Sequence record: SRR2962707_4331
Reading direction: 5' to 3' (one strand)
DNA: 57,376 bases
Shown piece by piece: positions 1 to 9,584 of this stretch. The notes under the pieces were generated by a model, which saw only the letters and a program-made list of their open reading frames with translations, made no database searches and was not told where the DNA came from. The position numbers and the translations under genes were made by a program. How positions within the stretch are numbered: position 1 is the first letter of the stretch; the number at the start of each line of letters is the position of its first letter.

Positions 1-29
1 GCGGCGGTGAATAGATCGTAAACAGGCTC
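1..29. mobile_element. Terminal inverted repeat of an IS5-family (IS1031-like) element or derived MITE, cut by the window edge
   Basis: ...AGATCGTAAACAGGCTC ends at 29 (reverse complement GAGCCTGTTTACGATCT, a GAG-type terminus) and is followed by TCA (30-32), which fits a TNA target. The downstream acyltransferase frame has a stop at 12-14 inside this segment. Recognised from memory of IS termini; only 29 bp visible. Confidence 0.55.
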
Positions 30-419
30 TCAGTGCTGCATGGACCGATCCGGCTCGGGGCCCATGTCAGCATTAACCATCATGCCACCCTGGAAGGCGG
101 GGCCGCCGGTATCGAAATCGGCGATCACTCCCGCATTGCCGCCTACGCCACTCTTTATGCCTTCAATCATGGCAGGGAAGCCGGCGGCCTGATCCGTGAG
201 CAGCCGGTGACATCCCGGGGGATTCGTATTGGCAGGGATGTTTGGCTGGGTGCCCGCTGCGGCATCGTCGATGGTGTTACCGTTGGTGACCACGCGGTGG
301 TAGCGATGGGGGCGGTGGTAACCCGGGATGTGCCCCCCTGGAGCGTGGTGGCGGGCAATCCGGCGCGCCCCATAGGCCGTCGGCCGGGGGCGCCACCAGA
401 AGAAGGCGGGGAGAGGTAA
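30..419 (+). pseudogene. 3' part of a hexapeptide-repeat (LbH) acyltransferase; 5' part missing
   Basis: LbH repeats (IRLGAHVSI, IEIGDHSRI, IRIGRDVWLG, VTVGDHAVVAMGAVVTRDV) and C-terminal VVAGNPAR. The frame begins mid-repeat with no RBS and has an in-frame TAG at 12-14. Confidence 0.65.
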
Positions 420-497
420 TCGCACCACGATATTGAACGCCGTTCATTAATGTTGCATCCTGGTCCAACTGAACGGCGTTTAAGGGGAAGTGGTGAA

Positions 498-1106
498 ATG
501 GCGAGGCGTAATCAGCACAGCAAGGAAGAACTCAGGGCCATGGCCATCGAGGCGCTGGCGGATCTGGTGGAACGGGAAGGGGTGGATAATTTCAGTGTTC
601 GCCAGATCGCCGGGAAGCTCGGTTATACCCCTGGCATGCTTTACCACCTGTTCGTCAATCTGGATGATCTGATTCTGCATCTGAATGCCCAGACTCTGGA
701 TGCGCTGAATGCCCGTATTGACCGGGCCGCCGGCCATGGTGATCCGATGGCGGTACTGAAAGCCATGGCGTTTGAATACTTGCGCCTGGCCCGGGAGCAC
801 ACCGCCCTGTGGCAGTTGGTGTTCAGCCATCGCATGGCGAACCAGGCCCCGGTGCCGGACTGGTATGTCGATCGTACCCGGCACATGTTCGAGCAAGTGG
901 AAGTTCAGTTGAAGGACTGGGTGCCGGCGGCGGATCAACGGCAAAGGCAGGTAATGGCAAGAACACTGTGGGGAAGCGTGCACGGAATTTGTTTGCTGCA
1001 TGTGGAAAACAAACTGAATGTGGCCGGCGACGTGGCACCGGAAGCGATGCTGGAGTCGCTGCTCGACCACTATCTGTCGTCATGCGCCAGGGAAGGAGAA
1101 AAATAA
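498..1106 (+). CDS. TetR/AcrR-family regulator with WHG-type C-terminal domain
   Basis: N-terminal HTH (FSVRQIAGKLGYTPGMLYHLF) and the LWGSVHG motif; ATG at 498 follows a purine-rich RBS. Confidence 0.9.
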   Translation: MARRNQHSKEELRAMAIEALADLVEREGVDNFSVRQIAGKLGYTPGMLYHLFVNLDDLILHLNAQTLDALNARIDRAAGHGDPMAVLKAMAFEYLRLAREHTALWQLVFSHRMANQAPVPDWYVDRTRHMFEQVEVQLKDWVPAADQRQRQVMARTLWGSVHGICLLHVENKLNVAGDVAPEAMLESLLDHYLSSCAREGEK

Positions 1107-2978
1107 ATGGGAAAGAGCGTGTTTTCCTTATTGTTCAAACGCCGGTTCGGGCCTTTTTTCGGTACCCAGTTTCTTGGCGCTTTCAACGACAATGTCTTTC
1201 GTCAGGGGCTGATACTTCTGATCGCCTCTGGCGTGGTCGTGGGAGCGGAAGTCAATACTCTGAATAATGTGGCGCTGGCGTTGTTCATCGTCCCGTTCTT
1301 TCTGTTCTCCGCCCTGGCCGGTCAGATCGCCGACAAGTTTGATCGCGCCCGTCTGATCCGCTGGATCAAATTCGCGGAGATCGTGATCATGAGCTGCGCC
1401 GCGCTGGGGTTTTACTTCGACGCGGTTTACGGCCTGTTGGTGCTGCTGTTCTTCATGGGGTTGCAATCCACTTTTTTCGGGCCGATCAAGTACTCGATCA
1501 TCCCTCAGCATCTGCCCAACGAAGAGCTGGTGAGAGGTAACGCACTGGTGGAAATGGGCACCTTTCTGGCGATTCTGCTGGGCTCGGTATCCGGTGTAAT
1601 GCTGAAAATGGGCGGTAATACGCCGCTGGTGATCAGCACCGCGGTGATCGGTCTGGCGGTGCTGGGTTTTCTTTGCTCCCTGAGTATTCCCAAAGCGCCG
1701 GCGGCGGACCCGGGCCTGCGTCTGAACTGGAATTTGTGGAAGGAAACCTGGCACATCGTCGGTTACGCCCGGGAGGTGAAATCGGTATGGATGTCGGTGC
1801 TGGGTATTTCCTGGTTCTGGTTCCTTGGTGCCGCCTACACCACGCAGTTGAAGGTGTATGTGGATGACTACCTGATGGGGACCGAGGGGCTGTACGCGTT
1901 GTTGTTGGCCACTTTTTCCATCGGCATTGGCCTGGGCTCATTTTTCTGTGAGAAAGCATCCGGAAAGCGGGTGGAGCTGGGGCTGGTTCCGTTGGGCTCC
2001 ATTGGTATCAGCGTGTTCGGCATTGATTTGTTTTTCTCTTATGCCTCATTGAATCTGAGCGGCCAGCTATCCATCGCGGAATTTTTGCAACAGCCCGGTG
2101 GCTATCGAATCATGGCTGATTTGCTTGGCGTCGGTATCTTTGGCGGTTTCTATATTGTGCCGTTGTTTGCCTTCGTGCAGCACCGTTCCAATCCGAAGCA
2201 TCTGGCTCGTATTATCGCCGCCAATAACATTCTTAATGCCTTGCTCATGGTGGCATCGGCCGCGGCGGGTATCCTTCTGGTCGGAGTTCTGGATCTGACC
2301 GTGCCGCAGTTTTTCCTGGCGCTGGCCTTGGCCAATGTGGTGGTGGCGCTCTACATTTATACCGTGGTGCCCGAGTTCCTCATTCGCCTTCTGGTATGGA
2401 TGCTGACCAACACCATTTACCGGGTGAAACACAAGGGGCTGGAAAACATTCCCGAGGAAGGGCCTTGTTTGCTGGTATGCAATCACATCAGTTATACGGA
2501 TGCGCTGTTGCTGGCCGGAGCGGTTCGCCGGCCGATCCGTTTCGTGATGGCGAAGCCGATCTACGACATGCCTTTGCTGAATTATATTTTCCGCACTGGC
2601 AAGACCATTCCCATTGCTTCCAAGGAAAAACATCCGGACATTTATGAGCAGGCCTTCCGCCGGGTACGTGAAGAACTGGCGGATGGTCAGGTAGTGTGCA
2701 TTTTCCCGGAAGGCCGCTTGACACCGGATGGCGAAGTGGGTGAATTCAAGAGCGGAATGGAAAAAATCGTTAAGGAAACCCCGGTACCGGTGGTGCCCAT
2801 GGCATTATCCGGTTTGTGGGGCAGTTTCTTCAGTCATAAAGGTGGCGCGGCCCTCACTCGCATGCCGCGGCGCTTCTGGTCACGGGTCAAACTTGCCGTC
2901 GGCGAACCGGTGGCGCCGGAGGCCGTTGATGCCGAGGCCATGAGAAACGCGGTGGTGGCATTGCGCGAACGGCCATGA
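1107..2978 (+). CDS. MFS (LplT-like) transporter fused to a PlsC-type acyltransferase
   Basis: TQFLGAFNDN start and about 12 hydrophobic segments, then acyltransferase motifs NHISYTD (HX4D) and FPEG; directly abuts the TetR stop codon. Confidence 0.9.
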   Translation: MGKSVFSLLFKRRFGPFFGTQFLGAFNDNVFRQGLILLIASGVVVGAEVNTLNNVALALFIVPFFLFSALAGQIADKFDRARLIRWIKFAEIVIMSCAALGFYFDAVYGLLVLLFFMGLQSTFFGPIKYSIIPQHLPNEELVRGNALVEMGTFLAILLGSVSGVMLKMGGNTPLVISTAVIGLAVLGFLCSLSIPKAPAADPGLRLNWNLWKETWHIVGYAREVKSVWMSVLGISWFWFLGAAYTTQLKVYVDDYLMGTEGLYALLLATFSIGIGLGSFFCEKASGKRVELGLVPLGSIGISVFGIDLFFSYASLNLSGQLSIAEFLQQPGGYRIMADLLGVGIFGGFYIVPLFAFVQHRSNPKHLARIIAANNILNALLMVASAAAGILLVGVLDLTVPQFFLALALANVVVALYIYTVVPEFLIRLLVWMLTNTIYRVKHKGLENIPEEGPCLLVCNHISYTDALLLAGAVRRPIRFVMAKPIYDMPLLNYIFRTGKTIPIASKEKHPDIYEQAFRRVREELADGQVVCIFPEGRLTPDGEVGEFKSGMEKIVKETPVPVVPMALSGLWGSFFSHKGGAALTRMPRRFWSRVKLAVGEPVAPEAVDAEAMRNAVVALRERP

Positions 2979-3046
2979 GGGAACGAAGTGATTCATCACG
3001 GGTCTATTTCCGGACAACGCCATAGAGATCCAAAAGGAGCCGATCA

Positions 3047-3613
3047 ATGAGACGAATTTCCAGCGCTGCCCTGATCATGACGGTGGCTTTGGTTTTCACC
3101 GTCACGGCACAGGCGGACCAGGATGGGAAAAAGGTGTTTGGATGGGTGGAGAAAACCACCATTGAGTCCTGGGATGTGGAGATGAAAGCCAAACTGGACA
3201 GTGGCGCTTTGACGTCCTCCATGCAGGCCACCGATATCGAAAATTTCACCAAGGACGGTGAGGATTGGGTGCGGTTCACGGTGGATGTGGAAGACGCGGA
3301 CAGCGGCAAGAAGGTGGAGCGCCGATACGAAAAGCCACTGTTCCGGGATCTCACCGTGCGTGGCGCCGGCGGCAAGGATGAGCGTCCGGTGGTACTGATG
3401 AAAATCTGTATGGGTGATACCGTGTACGAAGAGCAGTTCAGTCTTCGTGACCGTAGCGAGATGCTGTATCCGGTGCTTCTCGGACGCCGCACCATTCAGC
3501 ATCTTGGCCTGCTGGACGTCACCAGCACTTTCCAGAATCCACCTACCTGCGACGATGGGTCCGAAGTGAAGCACAACAAGGATCAAAAGGACGACGAGGA
3601 TATCGGCGACTAA
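3047..3613 (+). CDS. Exported 'ATP-dependent zinc protease' family (retropepsin-like, RimK-associated) protein
   Basis: Signal peptide ending AQA; motifs GWVE, AKLDSGA, ERPVV, FSLRDR and YPVLLGR. Confidence 0.85.
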   Translation: MRRISSAALIMTVALVFTVTAQADQDGKKVFGWVEKTTIESWDVEMKAKLDSGALTSSMQATDIENFTKDGEDWVRFTVDVEDADSGKKVERRYEKPLFRDLTVRGAGGKDERPVVLMKICMGDTVYEEQFSLRDRSEMLYPVLLGRRTIQHLGLLDVTSTFQNPPTCDDGSEVKHNKDQKDDEDIGD

Positions 3614-3656
3614 TGATCCGTCCGGCCGGCGCCTGGCGCCGGCCAGCCTTGGCGCG

Positions 3657-4328
3657 CTAAGCGATTTCCGAGAACACCTGAATGATATTGCCCAGCCGAG
3701 CGGTCAGCTTGTCGCCGGTATTCAGTGCCGCCACGCCGCTGGGGGTGCCGGTAAAAATGAGGTCACCAGGATCCAGCCGGAAGGTCTGGCTGATGTGGGC
3801 GATCAGCTCAAAGGTGGGAAACAGCATTTGTCCGGTGTGGCCGTGCTGACGGGTCTCGCCGTTGATTTCCAGTGATACTTCCAGATTCTGGCGCACGGAG
3901 ATACCACGGGCATCGACGAAGCCGGACACCGGAGCGGCGCCGTCGAAGGCCTTGGCGCGTTCCCAAGGATGCCCTTTGGCCTTCAGCGTGTTTTGCAGGT
4001 CCCGCAAGGTCAGATCAAGACCCACGCCATAGGCGGCGATGGCGTAGCGGACCCGGTCGGGATCGGTCTCGCCACTGAGTGTCTCGCCGACCATGACCAC
4101 CATTTCCACTTCATGATGGACTTCCCCCTGCCCTTTGGGCAGCACCACCGGTTCATGCAGGCTCACCAGGGCGGAGGCGGGTTTCATGAACAGCAAGGGT
4201 TGTTCCGGTACCTCGTTACCCAGTTCGCGGGCGTGTTCGGCGTAGTTACGGCCCACGCACACCACTTTGCCCACCGGCATATCCATGGTCGAGCCGTCGA
4301 TCCAACGGTGAAGATAGTTTGGCGTCAT
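3657..4328 (-). CDS. Fumarylacetoacetate hydrolase (FAHD/YcgM) family protein
   Basis: KVVCVGRNYAEH, HHEVE, DLTLRD, AKAFD and TGTPSG motifs. Confidence 0.92.
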   Translation of the reverse strand: MTPNYLHRWIDGSTMDMPVGKVVCVGRNYAEHARELGNEVPEQPLLFMKPASALVSLHEPVVLPKGQGEVHHEVEMVVMVGETLSGETDPDRVRYAIAAYGVGLDLTLRDLQNTLKAKGHPWERAKAFDGAAPVSGFVDARGISVRQNLEVSLEINGETRQHGHTGQMLFPTFELIAHISQTFRLDPGDLIFTGTPSGVAALNTGDKLTARLGNIIQVFSEIA

Positions 4329-4365
4329 CACGATAATCCTGAAAAAAGGGCTGACGATCGACCGG

Positions 4366-5760
4366 TTAGAGGTCGAACAGCTTGCCTGGGTTCATCACGT
4401 TGTTCGGATCGAAGACCTGTTTCACCGCCTTCATATAAGCGATTTCCTCGGGGCCGCGGGAGTAGCCCAGGTAGGGCTTCTTGGTCATGCCGACACCATG
4501 CTCCGCGGAAATGGAGCCGTTGTAGCGCTCCACGATTTCAAACACCCACTTGGAGACGTTGTTACATTTCTCGAAGAAATCTTCCTTCGGCAGCGCCTCC
4601 GGTTTCAGGATATTCAGGTGCATGTTGCCGTCACCGATGTGGCCGAACCAGACGATCTCGAAATCCGGATAGGCGTCCTGGACCACCTTGTCCACCGCCT
4701 CGACGAACTCCGGCACCTTGTCGATGGTTACCGAGATGTCGTTCTTGTACGGGGTGTGTGGCGCGATGGATTCGGAAATCCGTTCGCGCAACTGCCACAG
4801 CTGATCCAGCTGCTGCAGCGACTGGCTCATCACGCCATCCAGCACCCAACCCTGTTCCACGCAGCGCTCGAACACCGCCATTGCCTGGTCGGCGGTTTGT
4901 TCGGAGACCTGCTCGAATTCCAGCAGGCAATAAAACGGGCAATCGGTATCGAAGGGGCGGGAGACGCCGTGCGCCAGCACATGAGCCATGGCCTTGTCGG
5001 AGAAGAACTCGAAGGCGGTGAGGTCCAGTTCGGACTGGAAGGCGTGCAACACCTTCATCACTTCCTGGAAGCCGGGTACGCCCAGTACCAGGGCGGTCAG
5101 ATTTTTGGGCTGGCGGGCCAGCTTCACGGTGGCTTCCACGACGAAGCCCAAGGTGCCTTCCGAGCCGATGAACAAGTGGCGGAAGTCATAACCGGTGGCG
5201 TTCTTGATCAGTCCTTTATTGAGCTCCAGCAGCTCGCCTTTGCCGGTGACCACCTTCAGGCCGGTGATCCAGTCCCGGGTCATGCCGTAGCGGATCACCT
5301 TGATACCGCCGGCATTGGTATTGATGTTGCCGCCGATCTGGCTGGAGCCGGCGGAGGCGAAATCCACCGGATAGAACAGGCCCTGCTGCTCGGCGTACTC
5401 CTGAAGCTGCTGGGTGATCACACCGGGCTGGACCGTGACGGAACGATCATAAGCGTTGAAGTCCAGCACCTTGTTCATCCGGTCAAAGGCCACCACCAGC
5501 TCGCCGGACGCCGCCACGGCGCCAGCGGAAAGGCCGGTACGGCCGCCGGAGGGCACCAGGTGCAGACCGTGCTCATTGGCGATTTCGACGATCTGCTGCA
5601 CTTCGTCAATAGTTTCCGGCAGCAGTACGGCGCTGGGGGCCGGGGCCCAGACTTTGGTCCAGTCCACCCCGTAGCGCTGAGCGCTGTCCTGGTCGGTCAG
5701 GCAGCGGGCACCGAGCAGTTCGGTCAGGTGTTCCAGGGCGGCATGGGCTAAAGCGGTCAT
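4366..5760 (-). CDS. FAD-binding oxidoreductase, probable D-2-hydroxyglutarate dehydrogenase
   Basis: PSGGRTGLSAG, GGNINTNAGG, GSEGTLG, GHIGDGNMH and SAEHGVG motifs; divergent from serA as in Pseudomonas. Start chosen at MTALAH. Confidence 0.88.
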   Translation of the reverse strand: MTALAHAALEHLTELLGARCLTDQDSAQRYGVDWTKVWAPAPSAVLLPETIDEVQQIVEIANEHGLHLVPSGGRTGLSAGAVAASGELVVAFDRMNKVLDFNAYDRSVTVQPGVITQQLQEYAEQQGLFYPVDFASAGSSQIGGNINTNAGGIKVIRYGMTRDWITGLKVVTGKGELLELNKGLIKNATGYDFRHLFIGSEGTLGFVVEATVKLARQPKNLTALVLGVPGFQEVMKVLHAFQSELDLTAFEFFSDKAMAHVLAHGVSRPFDTDCPFYCLLEFEQVSEQTADQAMAVFERCVEQGWVLDGVMSQSLQQLDQLWQLRERISESIAPHTPYKNDISVTIDKVPEFVEAVDKVVQDAYPDFEIVWFGHIGDGNMHLNILKPEALPKEDFFEKCNNVSKWVFEIVERYNGSISAEHGVGMTKKPYLGYSRGPEEIAYMKAVKQVFDPNNVMNPGKLFDL

Positions 5761-5875
5761 GGCGACTCCAACAGTCCTCAACTCAACTTGAAAAAGGCAA
5801 CCGGTCCGGGTGGCTCTCATCCGGGGCGCGCTATGATACCATACGCGCCCATTTAGCCCGCTATAGAGACCACCC

Positions 5876-7105
5876 ATGGCCCATACCTCTCTTGAGAAGG
5901 ACAAGATCCGTATCCTCCTGCTCGAGGGCATCCACCAGAACGCGGTGGATAATCTGAAGGCGAACGGCTACCACAACGTGGAGCTACTGCCCAAGGCCCT
6001 GACCGGCAGCGATTTGACCGACGCTATCAAGGACGCCCATTTCGTGGGGATCCGCTCCCGCACCCAGCTCACCGAAGAGGTGTTCGCGGCGGCGGAGAAG
6101 CTGATCGGCGTGGGCTGTTTCTGTATCGGCACCAACCAGGTGGATCTCAAGGCGGCGCTGAAACGCGGCATTCCGGTGTTCAACGCGCCCTACTCCAATA
6201 CCCGCTCGGTGGCGGAGCTGGTGATCGCCCACACCATCAACCTGATGCGGGGCATTCCGGAGAAGAACGCGGTGGCTCACCGTGGCGGCTGGCTGAAATC
6301 CGCCAAGGACAGCTATGAGATCCGCGGCAAGAAGCTGGGGATCGTCGGCTACGGCAACATCGGTGCCCAGGTGTCGGTGCTGGCCGAATCCATGGGTATG
6401 AAAGTGTACTTCTACGACGTGGTGCCGAAGCTGCCGCTGGGTAACGCCACCCAGGTGCAGAGCCTCCACGACCTGCTGGGCATGTGTGACGTGACCAGCC
6501 TGCACGTGCCGGACACCCCGGCTACCCGCTGGATGATCAAGGAAGAGCAGATCCGGGCGATGAAGCCGAAGAGCTATCTGATCAACTATGCTCGCGGCAA
6601 GGTAGTGGACATCGAAGCGCTGACCGCCGCCCTCAGGGACGGTCACCTGCTGGGGGCGGCCATCGACGTTTTCCCGGAGGAACCGAAGGGCAACGATGAC
6701 GAATTCATCAGCCCGCTGCGGGATTTCGATAACGTCATCCTCACGCCGCACATCGGCGGTTCCACCCATGAAGCCCAGGAAAACATTGGCACCGAGGTGT
6801 CCGAGAAACTGATCCGTTACTCGGATAACGGCTCCACCCTGAGCGCGGTGAACTTCCCGGAAGTGGCCCTGCCGGCCCACCCGGATATGCATCGCTTGCT
6901 GCATATTCACCAGAATATCCCGGGCATTCTCAGCCAGATCAATACCATTTTCTCCGAGAACGATATCAACATCTGTGGCCAGTACCTGCAGACCAACGAA
7001 GATATCGGTTACGTCGTGATCGACGTGAACAAGGGCTACAGCCAGTTGGCCCTGGAGAAGCTGCGGACCATCGAAGGCACCATCCGCACCCGGGTGCTGT
7101 TCTAA
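5876..7105 (+). CDS. serA: D-3-phosphoglycerate dehydrogenase
   Basis: GIRSRT, FCIGTNQV, GYGNIG and TPHIGGST motifs with a C-terminal ACT domain; 409 aa. Confidence 0.97.
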   Translation: MAHTSLEKDKIRILLLEGIHQNAVDNLKANGYHNVELLPKALTGSDLTDAIKDAHFVGIRSRTQLTEEVFAAAEKLIGVGCFCIGTNQVDLKAALKRGIPVFNAPYSNTRSVAELVIAHTINLMRGIPEKNAVAHRGGWLKSAKDSYEIRGKKLGIVGYGNIGAQVSVLAESMGMKVYFYDVVPKLPLGNATQVQSLHDLLGMCDVTSLHVPDTPATRWMIKEEQIRAMKPKSYLINYARGKVVDIEALTAALRDGHLLGAAIDVFPEEPKGNDDEFISPLRDFDNVILTPHIGGSTHEAQENIGTEVSEKLIRYSDNGSTLSAVNFPEVALPAHPDMHRLLHIHQNIPGILSQINTIFSENDINICGQYLQTNEDIGYVVIDVNKGYSQLALEKLRTIEGTIRTRVLF

Positions 7106-7158
7106 ACCGATCGGGCCCGCCATGTCCGGTGGCGGGTCCTCTGGCTTTCAGGGCTGTC

Positions 7159-8529
7159 ATGGAAGCAGGCCGTGGTTGGGAAAGCAAAACACTCTGCTTG
7201 ATGCTGGTGTTGCCGTTCTGGCTCGCCGGCTGTGCCATGGGGTCCTTGTTCCAGCCTTATCCGAGCCAGGCCCAATCCTGGGTCCATCCCGCTCCTGGCC
7301 GCAACGCCTCCATCGTTCAACACCTCGAACGCGCCGGCAAGGGCCGGGACGGGGTGCTTTATTTGCAGGAACTTGGGCTATTGCAGCAGCGCCTGGGCAA
7401 CGACGCCGCCAGCCGGACGGTGTTCGCCGATGTCATCAACCACTATGAGCACACCGATGCCCAGGCGCTGATCCGCGTGACCGGCCTGGCATCGCAGACC
7501 GGCGCTCTGCTGATCAACGACAACGCTCTGCCCTATCGGGCGCCGGATTACGAGCGTATTTTCACTTACAGCTATCAGGCGCTGAACTACTGGGCCGCCG
7601 GCGATGTCACCGGCACCGCGGTGGAATTGCGCCGGGCCGCGCAAGCGCAACGCATGGCCGAACAGCGCCGTGAGAAAGAGCTGGCCAAGGCCGATGAGGA
7701 CGCCGCCAGCGTCCTGGATCTGTCCCAGTACCAAGGTTACTTCGAAGGTCTGGATCTCGCCGCCGGCGCGGTGAAAAGCAGCTTCCAGAACGCCTGGACC
7801 TTCTATCTCTCGGCGCTGTTCTGGGAAGCCCACGGAGAATACAACGACGCCTTGGTGGACTATAAGAAGGCGCTGGAGCTGCATCCCCGGGCGGATTGGC
7901 TCAAGGCCGACGTGCAGCGGGTTTCCCGGGCCCTGGACGGCTATCGCCAGCGCGGCATTGGCACCGTGGCGGTGCTCTACGAACAAGGCGAGGTGCCGGC
8001 GCGGCAGGAAGTGAGCCTGCCCATTCCCACCCCGCATGGATTGTTCCTGGTGGCGTTTCCTTCTTACTCAGTGACGTCCTGGTCCGCGGCCCGGCCGCTG
8101 ACGTTTCACGTTGGAGAGCAAAGCGCGCAAACCCGGGTGCTGGCGGATGTCGGCGCCCTGGCGGCACGAAATCTGCGGGAGCAGGCGCCGGGAATGCTGA
8201 TTCGTCAGGTGCTGCGCGCCACCGGCAAGTATAATCTGCAGAAGAAAGCCAACGACGACTTTGGCGGCGCCGGCGCCTTTCTCACACAGCTGTTCAACCT
8301 GATCAGCGAGCAGGCTGACCGGCGCAGCTGGCTGGGCTTGCCGGCCTACGTCCAGGCTGGCCGTATCAGCGTGCCCGTGGGGGAGCAGCAGGTTCTGTTG
8401 AGCAGCCCGGGGGGCGATGCTAGCGTGACCGTACCGGTGATGGAGCGCGGTTTAACCTTGATTCACGTGACCGAACGCGCTGGGCGTCTGGTCGCCCGAG
8501 TGCTACCCGTTCAGGAGGGACCCTTATGA
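7159..8529 (+). CDS. COG3014-family TPR-like lipoprotein
   Basis: Lipobox LAGC; motifs LINDNALPY, YE...YQALNY, VELRRA and ADRRSW; helical repeats. Start uncertain (7129-7201). Confidence 0.8.
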   Translation: MEAGRGWESKTLCLMLVLPFWLAGCAMGSLFQPYPSQAQSWVHPAPGRNASIVQHLERAGKGRDGVLYLQELGLLQQRLGNDAASRTVFADVINHYEHTDAQALIRVTGLASQTGALLINDNALPYRAPDYERIFTYSYQALNYWAAGDVTGTAVELRRAAQAQRMAEQRREKELAKADEDAASVLDLSQYQGYFEGLDLAAGAVKSSFQNAWTFYLSALFWEAHGEYNDALVDYKKALELHPRADWLKADVQRVSRALDGYRQRGIGTVAVLYEQGEVPARQEVSLPIPTPHGLFLVAFPSYSVTSWSAARPLTFHVGEQSAQTRVLADVGALAARNLREQAPGMLIRQVLRATGKYNLQKKANDDFGGAGAFLTQLFNLISEQADRRSWLGLPAYVQAGRISVPVGEQQVLLSSPGGDASVTVPVMERGLTLIHVTERAGRLVARVLPVQEGPL

Positions 8530-8924
8530 CCCGTTTTCTTTGCCGCGTCGCGCCGATGCTGGCAGTGCTGCTGCTGACGGCATGTTCGGCCAGTAATATG
8601 TCGCGCCTGGAAGTGGCGGATGACGGCGAGCATTTGCAGCTGTACTCCAATAACAGCCTGCTGGCCAGCCGCTTGTCGGTGGAGGAAGTGCGGCGCAAGC
8701 GGGTCAATGACCTGCTGTACATGCAGGCCACGCTGGAAAACGGCTGGAAGTTTGAACTGGATTTCCAGTACAAGATCAAATGGTTCGACCAGCAAGGCTT
8801 TGAACTGGCGCCGCAATCCCAACCCTGGCGCCAGTTGGTGATGGCCGGCCGCAGTCAGGCCAATGTGCAGGCGGTGGCGCCCAACCCCAGTGCCGTGCGC
8901 TTTGAAATCTGGGTGCGTGAATAA
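8526..8924 (+). CDS. YcfL/DUF1425-family lipoprotein
   Basis: Lipobox LTAC; QYKIKWFDQQG and VAPNPSA motifs; ATGA overlap with the upstream gene. Confidence 0.85.
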   Translation: MTRFLCRVAPMLAVLLLTACSASNMSRLEVADDGEHLQLYSNNSLLASRLSVEEVRRKRVNDLLYMQATLENGWKFELDFQYKIKWFDQQGFELAPQSQPWRQLVMAGRSQANVQAVAPNPSAVRFEIWVRE

Positions 8925-8963
8925 CGCCCCGACCCCAATGGATGTCCGCGAGGAGAAGCGAAG

Positions 8964-9554
8964 ATGCGCGTAGTGATGGCGATAATGCTGGGAGTGGCGC
9001 TGCTGGCGAGCGGTTGTGCCTCGAAAGTGGAGTACGGCGACCCCCAGGCGCGGGAGACCGTGACTCCGGATTTCGGCTCCTCCGACCTGCAGATGATCGC
9101 CACCAAGATGGTGGATGACATGATGGTGTTCCCACCGGTGGTGGAACTCACCCGCAACCGTCGCCCGGTGCTGTTCGTGGACCGGGTCAAGAATAAGACC
9201 AGCGAGCACGTGGACACCGAATCCATCACGGACACCATTCAGTCCAGGCTGATCAACTCCGGCAAGTTCCGTTTCGTCGACATGACCGTGGTGGACCGCG
9301 TGCGTCAGCAACTGGAGTACCAACAGGACTCCGGCATGGTGGATCAGTCCACCGCCGCCCAGATGGGGCGGCAGATCGGCGCCGAGTTCATGCTCTACGG
9401 TAATCTGTCCTCCATTGTTAAACGGGATAACAGCACCAAGGACGTGTATTACAAATTCACGCTCAAACTGCTGAACATCCAGAGCGGCATCATCGAATGG
9501 TCCGGCGAGAAGGAAATCCGCAAGACCCGCAGCCGCAGCCTGTTTGGTTTATAA
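8964..9554 (+). CDS. lpoB: LpoB-family (Vibrio-type) lipoprotein
   Basis: Lipobox ASGC; DFGSSDLQ, VKNKTSEHVDTESITD, SGKFRFVD, LYGNLSSI and EIRK motifs. Confidence 0.85.
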   Translation: MRVVMAIMLGVALLASGCASKVEYGDPQARETVTPDFGSSDLQMIATKMVDDMMVFPPVVELTRNRRPVLFVDRVKNKTSEHVDTESITDTIQSRLINSGKFRFVDMTVVDRVRQQLEYQQDSGMVDQSTAAQMGRQIGAEFMLYGNLSSIVKRDNSTKDVYYKFTLKLLNIQSGIIEWSGEKEIRKTRSRSLFGL

Positions 9555-9584
9555 CCGGCTGCCCCAATGGGCACGGAGGCAGTT

